In this document: one piece after another, positions 51,368 through 59,612 of the stretch
How the letters are laid out: each line of letters begins with the position of its first letter
How positions within the stretch are numbered: the stretch's first letter is position 1
Assembly: GCA_963749075.1 (NCBI GenBank)
Contig: CAVVLJ010000004.1
Span: forward strand, 64,001 to 128,000
Direction of reading: 5' to 3'
Source of the DNA: an uncultured Pseudomonadota bacterium
GTDB taxonomy: Bacteria; Pseudomonadota; Alphaproteobacteria; JACZXZ01
DNA length: 64,000 nucleotides
The notes under the pieces: generated by a model
Told to the model about the DNA's origin: nothing
Databases searched by the model: none
The model's input: only the letters and a program-made list of their open reading frames with translations
Position numbers and translations under genes: made by a program

Positions 51368-51459
51368 GGCTCCTTTACCTAGCGGAATTTGATGACCGGA
51401 CGGTTGCGATCCTGCGACGGTTCCGCGTCAGGACGGCCGCCGTGCCGGTACCCGGGCGG

Positions 51460-52179
51460 TCAGCCTCCCGCCTCGGCCGCGGCGGACGAGCACTTCTCGA
51501 GGCAGAGAAGGGTGGCCGAGCCCGCGAGTGCCACCCTGCGCTCCTCGACGAGGGTGAGATCGGCGAGGCTGCCGAGGGCGCCGCGCGCGAGATCCGGCCG
51601 GAAGCCGAGGAATGCCGAAAGCGGCGCCGTGGCCCGCTCGAGCCAGCGCCAGGGCGCTTTTTGCGAGCGGAAGTGATTGAGGATGACGATGCGGCCGCCC
51701 TCGGCGCAGACCCGCCGCATCTCCTTCATGAGACGGAGCGGATCGGGCGCCACCGAGAGCACGTGGAGCGCCACCACGGCGTCGAAGCTGCCGTCGGGGA
51801 AATCCATGCTCTGGCCGTCCATCTCGCTGAGCGCCTCGACATGGGCGAGCCCGCGCTCGGCCACGCGGCGGCGCGCGCGCGCCAGCATCTCGGGCGAGAG
51901 GTCGATGCCGGTGACGCGCGCGTCGGTGCGATAGAGCGGCAGCGTCAGGCCCGTGCCCACGCCCACCTCGAGGATGCGTTGGGGCCCGGCCTCGTTGAGG
52001 CGGCCTATGGCGGCGCGGCGGCCGGCGCTGAGTGCGGCGCCGAAGAGCAGGTCATAGACCGCGGCATAGCGGCGGTAGGCGAGCCTCACCGCCTCGCGGT
52101 CGAACGCCCGGCGCGCCGTCCGCGTGCGGAGCTCGCGCAGCACCTGGGTGGCGCCATGCTCCCCCTCTCCAGTTCCCAT
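51460..52179 (-). CDS. pmtA: Phosphatidylethanolamine N-methyltransferase-like SAM methyltransferase (start uncertain)
   Basis: AYRRYA.VYD.LFG, ILEVGVGTGL, GIDLS.EML, V.SV.PDP, I.ILNHF. Confidence 0.82.
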   Translation of the reverse strand: MGTGEGEHGATQVLRELRTRTARRAFDREAVRLAYRRYAAVYDLLFGAALSAGRRAAIGRLNEAGPQRILEVGVGTGLTLPLYRTDARVTGIDLSPEMLARARRRVAERGLAHVEALSEMDGQSMDFPDGSFDAVVALHVLSVAPDPLRLMKEMRRVCAEGGRIVILNHFRSQKAPWRWLERATAPLSAFLGFRPDLARGALGSLADLTLVEERRVALAGSATLLCLEKCSSAAAEAGG

Positions 52180-52281
52180 GCCCCGACCCCCTCCCACGCG
52201 CCCTTGGCCCCCTGGCGCTTCTCCTCGGGAATCCTAGCACGGACGGAACATGGCTTGGCAACTGCGCTTGCGCGCCGGGTT

Positions 52282-52452
52282 GATTTCCTCATCCTTCGAG
52301 ACGGGCCTGCGGCCCTCCTCAGGATGAGGAAATCCGCCAAACCTGGGGGCCGCCTCACCCTGAGGAGCGCGCCGCGGGCCGAAGGCCCGCTCTCTTGCAT
52401 GATGCAAGAGAGGCGCGCCTGCGCGCCGGGCGCGCGTCTCGAAGGGCGAGGT
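52282..52452. repeat. Paired REP-like elements with nested hairpins
   Basis: CCTCATCCTTCGAGACG...CTCCTCAGGATGAGG and the inverted partner CCTCACCCTGAGGAGC...CGTCTCGAAGGGCGAGG. Confidence 0.75.
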
Positions 52453-52484
52453 GGCCAAAGGCGCCGCCGCTTCACCCGCGCCGC

Positions 52485-53575
52485 TCAGAAGAGCGCCAGC
52501 TGGTCCCCCGTCCTGGGCGGCGGCTTGAACTGCGTGCAATCGAGCTGCCAGTCGCCGCGCTCCAGGCCGAGGCGCTTCGTCGCCAGCCGGAAGCGCTTGC
52601 GGATGAGCTCGGCATAGGCGCCCTCGCCGCCGAAGCGGCTGCCGAATCTCGGGGTCGTTGAGCTTGCCGCCGCGCACGTCGCGGATGAGCGCCAGCACGT
52701 GCTGGGCGCGTTTGGGGAAATGGGTGGCCAGCCACTCGGTAAAGAGGTCCTTGATCTCGAGCGGCAGGCGGAGGAGCACGTAGCCCGCCCCGCTCGCGCC
52801 ATGGGCGGCGGCCGCCTCGAGGATGCGCTCCATCTCCCAGTCGTTGAGCGCCGGGATGATGGGTGCGGTCATCACCGCCGTGGGCACGCCTGCGGCGCTG
52901 AGCTGTGCTATGGCGGCAAGGCGCTTCGCCGGCGCCGGCGCGCGCGGCTCCATGACCCGCGCGGTTGCGGGATCGAGCGTGGTCACGGAGACGGCGACGC
53001 GCGCCAGGCCGCGCGCGGCCATCGGCGCCAGGATGTCGAGGTCGCGCACGACGAGGGCGGATTTTGTCGTGATGACGACAGGATGGCCGAAGTCGCGCAG
53101 CACCTCGAGGATGCCGCGGGTGATCTTCATCTCGCGCTCGAGCGGCTGGTAGGGATCCGTGTTGCTGCCGAGCGCCAGAGGGTGCCGCCTCGTAGCCGGG
53201 CTTGCGCAGCTCCTCGGCGAGGAGCGCCGGTGCCGCGGGCTTGGCCAAGAGCCGGCTCTCGAAATCGAGGCCGGGCGAGAGGCCGAGGAAGGCGTGGCTC
53301 GGCCGCGCGTAGCAATAGATGCAGCCGTGCTCGCAGCCGCGATAGGGATTGACCGAGCGGTCGAAGGGGATGTCGGGAGACTCGTTGCGCGCGATGACGC
53401 TGCGGCTCTTGTCGATCGTCACCGTGGTGGCGAGACGGGGCGGCTCCTCCTCATCGGCCGCAGCCGTGCCCCAGCCGTCGTCGATGCGCTCCTTCTGCGC
53501 CGACTCGAAGCGTGGCGCCGGGTTGGAGACGGCGCCGCGGCCCTTCAGCGGCAGGTCGGGAAGCCTCTCGTCCAT
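52485..53575 (-). CDS. PA0069-family radical SAM (SplB-like) protein; two +1 frameshifts in C runs (near 53180 and 52652)
   Basis: RSVNPYRGCEHGCIYCYARP; corrected frames give LALGSNTDPYQ, ITTKS, LRLPLEI, NDPRFGSRF, QLALF. Confidence 0.9.
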
Positions 53576-53599
53576 GGCCGGACTCTAGCCCGTCTAATG

Positions 53600-53614
53600 G
53601 AACATATCAAGAAC
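53600..53614 (-). promoter_or_regulatory. Alphaproteobacterial LexA (SOS) box
   Basis: GAAC-ATATCAA-GAAC (GTTC-N7-GTTC on the minus strand), about 25 nt upstream of the radical SAM start. Confidence 0.82.
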
Positions 53615-53708
53615 ATTGAATGCCCACCGAGCGCCGCCAACCGCCCCGCTCTTTGTCACGCGCCGGAATTACGCTTGACGTAAGTCGTAAATTCGGCCAC
53701 TCGTCGGC

Positions 53709-53993
53709 ATGATTCGGAGCTATGGCAGCAGCCAGACCGAGAAGTTTGCCGCAGGGCATAGGGTCAAGCAATTCGAGCCAATCCGCCGACAGGCCGAAAA
53801 AACGCTCGATCGGCTCGATGCCGCGACCGGCCTTCGCGACCTCGTGAATTTCCCCGGCCATCGGCTGGAGAAGATGAAAGGCGGCCGGGCCGGGACGTTC
53901 AGCATCCGAATCAACGACCAGTGGCGAATATGTTTCGCCTGGCCCGAAGGATCGTCCGGGCCGGAAAATGTGACGATCGAGGACTATCATTGA
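53709..53993 (+). CDS. higB: HigB/RelE family toxin
   Basis: MIRSY, L.AA..L.DL...PG.RLE.M.G.R.G.FSIRINDQWRICF.W, IEDYH. Confidence 0.94.
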   Translation: MIRSYGSSQTEKFAAGHRVKQFEPIRRQAEKTLDRLDAATGLRDLVNFPGHRLEKMKGGRAGTFSIRINDQWRICFAWPEGSSGPENVTIEDYH

Positions 53994-54001
53994 GGTGAGC
54001 G

Positions 54002-54322
54002 ATGGCGCGTAGGGCAATTCATCCCGGCGAGCACCTGGCCGACGCAATTGCGGGCATGGGCATCACCGCCGCGCAGTTGGCGCGGGATATTCACGTCCCG
54101 GCCAACCGGTTGACGGGCATCCTGCATGGCGCGCGGGCGATCACCGCCGACACGGCGCTCCGGCTCGGCCGCTACTTCGACACGAGCCCGGAGTTCTGGA
54201 TGAACCTGCAGCAACTCTACGAACTGCGATTGGCCGAGAGGGACATCGGCGCGGAGATCAAGGCGATCCCGCGCGGCCAGACTCGGGTGGCCGAGCCGGC
54301 GCACGACAAGCCGCAGCTCTGA
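54002..54322 (+). CDS. higA: HigA family antitoxin
   Basis: IHPGE.L, LARDI.VP.NR, ITADTALRLGRYF.TSPEFWMNLQ. Confidence 0.94.
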   Translation: MARRAIHPGEHLADAIAGMGITAAQLARDIHVPANRLTGILHGARAITADTALRLGRYFDTSPEFWMNLQQLYELRLAERDIGAEIKAIPRGQTRVAEPAHDKPQL

Positions 54323-54427
54323 GCAGGAAGCGCCGCGCATTTGGGACGCCCGCCGCTCGCCGCTCGCCGCCCCGCACGCTATATTGAGCCTCGGAATTGC
54401 CAACAGCCCGAGCGGGAAAGCACTGCC

Positions 54428-54823
54428 ATGCCGAGATCGCTTTTTGCCCTCTGTTTCTCCCTTGCCTTCCTTACCGCCGCACCGCTCCTCGCCCAGAGCG
54501 CCGGCTTCACCGTCGATTTCACCTGGCAGGGCACGGAGTCCTGCTTCGATCCGGAATCCCCGCCCTTCACCTTGCGCGGCGTGCCGGCCGGCACTCTGCG
54601 GCTCGTCTTCGAGATGAAGGATCTGGATGCGCCCAACTTCCCTCATGGCGGCGGCACCGTCGCCTATAGCGGGCAGAGTGCCGTGCTGCGCGGCGCCTTC
54701 GCCTACAAGGGTCCCTGCCCGCCCGTGGGCCAGCACAGCTATCAATGGACCGTGCGCGCCGACGACGCCAAGGGCACGGCGCTCGCCGTGGCGCAGGTGA
54801 TGCGCAAGTTCCCGCCGCGCTGA
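54428..54823 (+). CDS. Exported YbhB/YbcL (PEBP-like) protein
   Basis: Signal peptide, SP.F.L..VP.GT, M.DLDAP...HGGG, Y.GPCPP..H.Y.WTV.A. Confidence 0.8.
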   Translation: MPRSLFALCFSLAFLTAAPLLAQSAGFTVDFTWQGTESCFDPESPPFTLRGVPAGTLRLVFEMKDLDAPNFPHGGGTVAYSGQSAVLRGAFAYKGPCPPVGQHSYQWTVRADDAKGTALAVAQVMRKFPPR

Positions 54824-54832
54824 GGGGGGCCC

Positions 54833-55432
54833 TTACGCCCAATCCTGGGCCTTCGCCGGGTCCCAGTGCTCGTAGCTCGCGGGATCGGCCAGCACGCTGC
54901 CGCATTTCTTGCAGGTGCGCTGCACCTCGTCGCGGTTGAAGGCGCCGACGACGCGGCCGAGCTCGGTCTCGATGTCGGCGCACCAGAACTCGACCTCGTG
55001 GAGCTTGTTGGCGCAGGCCGGGCAGAACCAGGCGAAGCCGTCGAGCTCGTCCTTGAGCCTGGGGCGCTCGATCACCAGGCCGACGCTCCCCGGCGGGCGG
55101 CGCGGCGAGTGGTAGGTGCGCTTGGGGAGGAGGAAGACCTCGCCCTCGGCGATGCGGACGCGGCGCTCGCGGCCGTCCTCGATGACGTGCACGAAGATGT
55201 GGCCCTTGAGCTGGAAGAAGATCTCGTCCCACGGGTCGATGTGGAAGTCGTTGCGCGCGTTGGGACCCTTGATGATCTGGAAGATGAAGTCCGAGCCCTT
55301 GAAGACCTCCTTGTTGCCGATGGCGCCGAGCGCCTTGGGCATGTGCTGGGCGATCCAGGCCTCGAGGCTGAAGGGTGCCGCGGGATGGGCTGCCGGCATG
55401 GTGCTCGTCTCCTCTCGCGGGTCGCGCGTCAT
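54833..55432 (-). CDS. nbaC: 3-hydroxyanthranilate 3,4-dioxygenase (start may be 55399)
   Basis: GPNAR.DFH....E.FFQLKG, EGEVFLLP...HSP.R, GLVIER, rubredoxin-like CPAC and CKKC. Confidence 0.85.
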   Translation of the reverse strand: MTRDPREETSTMPAAHPAAPFSLEAWIAQHMPKALGAIGNKEVFKGSDFIFQIIKGPNARNDFHIDPWDEIFFQLKGHIFVHVIEDGRERRVRIAEGEVFLLPKRTYHSPRRPPGSVGLVIERPRLKDELDGFAWFCPACANKLHEVEFWCADIETELGRVVGAFNRDEVQRTCKKCGSVLADPASYEHWDPAKAQDWA

Positions 55433-55746
55433 CAGTTCCCCTCCGCCGTCTTGGGCGCCGCCGCGGGATTCCACTGGCCGCGGCGCATGCGGCTCAGCTT
55501 GACCGTGGCGAAGAGCCCCGCGCGGCGGAAGGGCTCGCCCTCGGCGAAGGCCTCGGCGGCGGCGCGGTCGGGCACGTTGAGGATGAGCACGCTGCCGGCG
55601 CGCGTGGCGCCGTCCTCGGCGAGGAGGGCGCCGCCGAGCAGCAGGATGTCCCGGTGGCGCTCGAGATAGGCGAGATGCTCCGCCCGTCGGGCGGCGCGGA
55701 TCTCGCGGCTCCCGGGTCCGTCCTCCATATAGAGAATGTAGAGCAT
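55432..55746 (-). CDS. YciI family protein
   Basis: R...R.EHL.YL, GG.LL.EDG....GS.LI, F...EPF..AGLF. Confidence 0.9.
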   Translation of the reverse strand: MLYILYMEDGPGSREIRAARRAEHLAYLERHRDILLLGGALLAEDGATRAGSVLILNVPDRAAAEAFAEGEPFRRAGLFATVKLSRMRRGQWNPAAAPKTAEGN

Positions 55747-55760
55747 GGGATGCCTCGCCT

Positions 55761-56471
55761 CTAAGCCGCGTCGTGGAAGATGATGCCGAGGGTGAAGCGC
55801 CTCCCCGCGTGGATGCGGCTCACCCCGTGGCGCATGGCCGTACGGTAGAAGCCGCGCTTCCCCTCGACCGGGCGCTCGTTGACCGCGAAGATCACCGCGT
55901 CGCCTTCTGCGAGCGGCACCACCTCGCCCTTGGACTGGGCGCGCGGGCGCTGCTCGACGAGGAGGAACTCGCCGCCCGTGAAGTCGCGGCCGGGTGCCGA
56001 GAGCAAGACCGTCGCCTGCAGCGGGAAGGCGAGCGCGCCATAGAGGTCGCGGTGGAGGCAGTTGTAGCCGCCCGCCTCGTAGGCGAGGAGGAGCGGGGTC
56101 GGCCGCGCCTGCCCGGCGGCGTGGCAGTGCTGGAGATAGGCCTCGAGCGTTTCCGGATAGCGCTCGGCTGAGGCGAGCCGCTCGGCCCAGCGGTTGGCCA
56201 CGCGCGCGAGCGGTGGATAGAGTGCCGCGCGCAGGGCCTGGACGAGGGCGGGCAGCGGATAGCGGAAGTATTTGTACTCGCCCCGGCCGAAGGCGTGGCG
56301 CTCCATCACCACGCGGCTGCGGAAGAGCGCGTCGCGGCCGTAGAGCGCCTGCAAGCGGGCCGCGGCGGCGCCGTCGATGAGGCCGGGGACGGTGGCGAAG
56401 CCGCGCTCGTCGAGCTCGGCCGAGATTGCCTGCCAATCGAGCTTCGCGAGCCGCCGGCCAGCTGCCGTCAC
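55761..56471 (-). CDS. 2OG-Fe(II) oxygenase (DUF2086-like)
   Basis: FRSRV.M.RH.FGRGEYKYF, YNCLHRDLYG, MRHGVSR, R.TLGIIFHDA. Confidence 0.88.
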   Translation of the reverse strand: MTAAGRRLAKLDWQAISAELDERGFATVPGLIDGAAAARLQALYGRDALFRSRVVMERHAFGRGEYKYFRYPLPALVQALRAALYPPLARVANRWAERLASAERYPETLEAYLQHCHAAGQARPTPLLLAYEAGGYNCLHRDLYGALAFPLQATVLLSAPGRDFTGGEFLLVEQRPRAQSKGEVVPLAEGDAVIFAVNERPVEGKRGFYRTAMRHGVSRIHAGRRFTLGIIFHDAA

Positions 56472-57535
56472 GGCATCAGCTCCCCGGCCGCGAACTGCGC
56501 GAGCTCGGCCCTCAGGCGCGCGATGGTGCTGGCTGCGAAGAAGTCGGCGAGGCAGGTCTCCATGTGGCGGCGTGCGCGCGCGTCGAGATGGCGGCGCGAC
56601 CAGCCGCCACTGCCCTGGGATTCGACCGCCCATCTGACGCACCAGGTCATGGTGCGCAGCCAGACGAGGCGGCGCGTCGATGCCAGCCACGGCACCAACG
56701 CCGCGGCGGCATCCCGCCCGATCGCCGCGAGATAGCTGCGGTAGAAGCCGAGCGTCTCGTCCGCGCCGAGCACCGCGTCGATCTCGGGGTCGAAGCGCGT
56801 CGAGGTGTAGAGCGTGGCATGGGCGAGGTCGATCGCCGGGAGCGCGTACATGGCCTTCTCGAGGTCGACGAAATAGGCCTTGCCCGAGGGATGGATGACG
56901 AAGTTGCCGGGGTGGCTGTCGGTGAGGATGAGGCACTTCGGCTCGGCTGCGCTCAAGCCCTCGGCCACGCGGCGCCGCGCCGCCTCGAGCTCCTCGCGGA
57001 GTTGCAGCTCGGCCTCCGGTGCCAAGCCGGCGCGGCCGAGAAAGCCCGCCTGGCGCTCGATGGTCTCGAGCATCTGGAGAAGCGCCTGCGGAGGCGATAG
57101 GAGCGGCGGCCGCGCCGCCAGCGCCGGCATGGCAAGGCTATGGACCGCGGCGAGGCAGGCGACGATCGCCGGCAGATCCCGGGGAAGGCGCGGCTTCTCT
57201 CCCGCGATCTCCTCGACGAGTAGCGCGCCCATCGGGAGTGCCGGGTGCCGCGGCAGCACCGCCTCGAGGCGCGGCGTGTGGCCGCTCGCCGCTGCGCGGC
57301 GGAAAGCGGCGGCCTGGTAGGCGAGGTTGGCCTCGGCCGGCAGGCCCCATTGCGAGACGCGCGGCACGCGCAGGATGAGGCCTTTGCCGCGCACGCGGTA
57401 ATGGTCGTGCGCCATGCCGGAGAAGCCGGCAGGCTCGAGCGCCTCGGCCGGGATGCCGGTCGAGGCGGCGAGCTCCGCGAGCGTTCTTGCGAGCGCCGTC
57501 GCGGCATGCGGAGGGGAATCGAGACTTGGCGCCAT
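56468..57535 (-). CDS. Aminoglycoside phosphotransferase/choline kinase-like protein
   Basis: G.AHDH.R, TDSHPGNF Brenner-type motif, FVDLEK, DLAHA. Confidence 0.8.
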   Translation of the reverse strand: MAPSLDSPPHAATALARTLAELAASTGIPAEALEPAGFSGMAHDHYRVRGKGLILRVPRVSQWGLPAEANLAYQAAAFRRAAASGHTPRLEAVLPRHPALPMGALLVEEIAGEKPRLPRDLPAIVACLAAVHSLAMPALAARPPLLSPPQALLQMLETIERQAGFLGRAGLAPEAELQLREELEAARRRVAEGLSAAEPKCLILTDSHPGNFVIHPSGKAYFVDLEKAMYALPAIDLAHATLYTSTRFDPEIDAVLGADETLGFYRSYLAAIGRDAAAALVPWLASTRRLVWLRTMTWCVRWAVESQGSGGWSRRHLDARARRHMETCLADFFAASTIARLRAELAQFAAGELMP

Positions 57536-57614
57536 GGCACGGGGTTTTGAGCTGGGAGCGACGGGACCTGTATGATACGGCTCGTCGGCCAATGCAACCC
57601 GGAGAGGCTGGCGC

Positions 57615-58301
57615 TTGCCTCGGCTCAGCATCGTCATCCCGGCGCTCGACGCGGCCGCCACGCTCGCTGCCGTCCTGGCGGCGCTCGCCGAGGCCGAGGC
57701 GGCAGGCCTGACGTGCGAGCGCATCGTGGTCGACGGCGGCTCGGCGGACGGCACGGCGGCACTCGCGGCAGCACTCGGCGCCCGCGTCCTTGAGGCACCA
57801 CCCAGCCGCGGCGGCCAGCTGCGCGCGGGTGCTGCTGTGGCGGCGGGCGATTGGCTCCTCTTCCTCCACGCCGACACGCGGCTCGAGCCTGGCTGGGCTG
57901 CTGCGGCCGGCCGCTTCATCGCCGACGAGAGCAACCGCGAGCGCGCCGGCTATTTCCGCTTCGCCCTCGACGATGCGAGCAAGGAGGCGCGCAGCCTCGA
58001 GCGCCTCGTCGCCTGGCGCGCGCGCCGCCTGGGCCTGCCCTACGGCGACCAGGGCCTGCTCATAGCACAGGCCTTCTACGAGCGGCTCGGCGGCTTTTCG
58101 GCACTGCCGCTCATGGAGGACGTGGACCTCGTGCGCCGCATCGGGCGGCGCCGTCTCATGGCCCTGCCGGCGGCCGCCGTCACCTCCGCGGCGCGCTACC
58201 GCCGCGAGGGCTGGCGGCGGCGGGGGCTGCGCAATCTCGCCTGCCTGGCGCTCTATTTCCTCGGCATGCCGCCGCGCCTCATCAAGCGTCTTTACGCGTG
58301 A
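57615..58301 (+). CDS. GT2 glycosyltransferase, TIGR04283-like (rSAM/selenodomain-associated)
   Basis: SIVIP.L, VVDGGS.DGT, LFLHADT, LPYGDQG, PLMEDV, TSA.RY. Confidence 0.88.
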   Translation: MPRLSIVIPALDAAATLAAVLAALAEAEAAGLTCERIVVDGGSADGTAALAAALGARVLEAPPSRGGQLRAGAAVAAGDWLLFLHADTRLEPGWAAAAGRFIADESNRERAGYFRFALDDASKEARSLERLVAWRARRLGLPYGDQGLLIAQAFYERLGGFSALPLMEDVDLVRRIGRRRLMALPAAAVTSAARYRREGWRRRGLRNLACLALYFLGMPPRLIKRLYA

Positions 58302-58930
58302 GCACAGCACTTCCGCGCCATCTCGTCGTCATGGCCAAGGCGCCGCACCTGGGCCAGGTCAAGCGGCGCCTTGCCGCCGATATCTGCGCGCTCGCCGCAC
58401 TTGCCTTCTATCGCAGCACCCTCAGGCGCACGTGCCGGCGCCTCGCCCGCTCGCCGCACTGGCGCTGCTGGCTCTACGTGACGCCCGACGAGGCGGCCCG
58501 CGCGCCGCGGCTCTGGCCGCAGCGCCTGGCGCTCCGCGCGCAGGGCCGCGGCGACCTCGGCCGCCGCATGCGCCGCCCGCTTGCGGAGCTGCCGCCCGGC
58601 CCCGTCGTCATCGTCGGCAGCGACATCCCCGAGCTCACGGCGCGCCACGTCGCCGCGGCCTTCAAGGCGCTCGGCAGCCACGACCTCGTCTTCGGTCCGG
58701 CAATGGATGGCGGCTACTGGCTCGTCGGCGCGCGCCGCCGGCCGCATCTCCCCCGCCTCTTCCACAACGTGCGCTGGTCGAGCCCGCACGCGCTCGCGGA
58801 TACGCTTGCCGGGCTCGGCGACCGCTATCGGGTCGTGCTCCTCGGCACCCTCGAGGACGTGGACGACGGGGCTGCCTACGCCCGCTGGCGCAAGAGGGAG
58901 CGCGAGGCCGGTGCTGGTCCGACGGTTTGA
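58298..58930 (+). CDS. DUF2064 / TIGR04282-like transferase
   Basis: MAKAP..G.VK.RL, QG.GDLG.RM, IVGSDIP, GPA.DGGYWL.G, VRWS, DVDD. Confidence 0.88.
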   Translation: MSTALPRHLVVMAKAPHLGQVKRRLAADICALAALAFYRSTLRRTCRRLARSPHWRCWLYVTPDEAARAPRLWPQRLALRAQGRGDLGRRMRRPLAELPPGPVVIVGSDIPELTARHVAAAFKALGSHDLVFGPAMDGGYWLVGARRRPHLPRLFHNVRWSSPHALADTLAGLGDRYRVVLLGTLEDVDDGAAYARWRKREREAGAGPTV

Positions 58931-58940
58931 TGCGCAGAGC

Positions 58941-59043
58941 ACCCCCCACCCCAGCCCTCCCCCTCAAGGGGGGAGGGGGTAAAGCGCTGCGCACGTTCTG
59001 AAATGACCCTCCCCCCTTGAGGGGGAGGGTAGGGAGGGGGGGT
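58941..59043. repeat. Inverted pair of REP-like G/C-run hairpin elements
   Basis: CCCTCCCCCTCAAGGGGGGAGGG (58955-58977) and its reverse complement CCCTCCCCCCTTGAGGGGGAGGG (59007-59029), between convergent genes. Confidence 0.75.
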
Positions 59044-59066
59044 ACCTACCGCAATGATCGCGGGTA

Positions 59067-59612
59067 CTACCCCGCGCGCTTGAGATGCTCCATGAGCCGC
59101 GGCATCAGCTCGACGAGGTTGCACGGCCGGTAGCGCGCGTCGAGCTGCCAGCGCAGGATCTCGTCCCAGCCGTCGCGCACGGCGCCCGGCGAGCCTGGGA
59201 GCGCGAAGAGATAGGTGCCGCCGGCAACGCCGCCCGTGGCGCGCGACTGCATGGTCGAGGTCTTGATCTTGTCGTAGGAGATCATGCGGAAGAGCTCGCC
59301 GAAGCCGGGGATCTCCTTCTCGTAGACGGCGTGGAAGGCCTCGGGCGTCACGTCGCGCCCGGTGAGCCCCGTGCCGCCGGTCGCGATCACCACGTCGACG
59401 CGCGCATCTGCGATCCATTCGCGGAGCTTGGCGGTGATCTCGGCGACCTCGTCCTTGACGATGGCGCGCGCGGCGAGCTGGTGCCCCGCCGCCTCGATGC
59501 GCTCGACCAGCATCTGGCCGGATTTGTCCGCGGCAAGCTCGCGCGTGTCGGAGATGGTCAGGACCGCGATGCCGACCGGAACGAAGGGGCGCGCCTCGTC
59601 AATGCCCGCCAT
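59067..59612 (-). CDS. moaB: Molybdenum cofactor biosynthesis protein B
   Basis: AVLTISDTR, TGGTGLTGRDVTPEA, GFGELFR, QSRA, LPGSPGA, CNLVELMPRL. Confidence 0.96.
   Translation of the reverse strand: MAGIDEARPFVPVGIAVLTISDTRELAADKSGQMLVERIEAAGHQLAARAIVKDEVAEITAKLREWIADARVDVVIATGGTGLTGRDVTPEAFHAVYEKEIPGFGELFRMISYDKIKTSTMQSRATGGVAGGTYLFALPGSPGAVRDGWDEILRWQLDARYRPCNLVELMPRLMEHLKRAG

Noticed and set aside
52485-53575. Radical SAM gene as a true pseudogene or programmed frameshift
   Set aside because: Both breaks are single extra Cs in C runs, typical of long-read errors; all motifs and the SOS box are intact.
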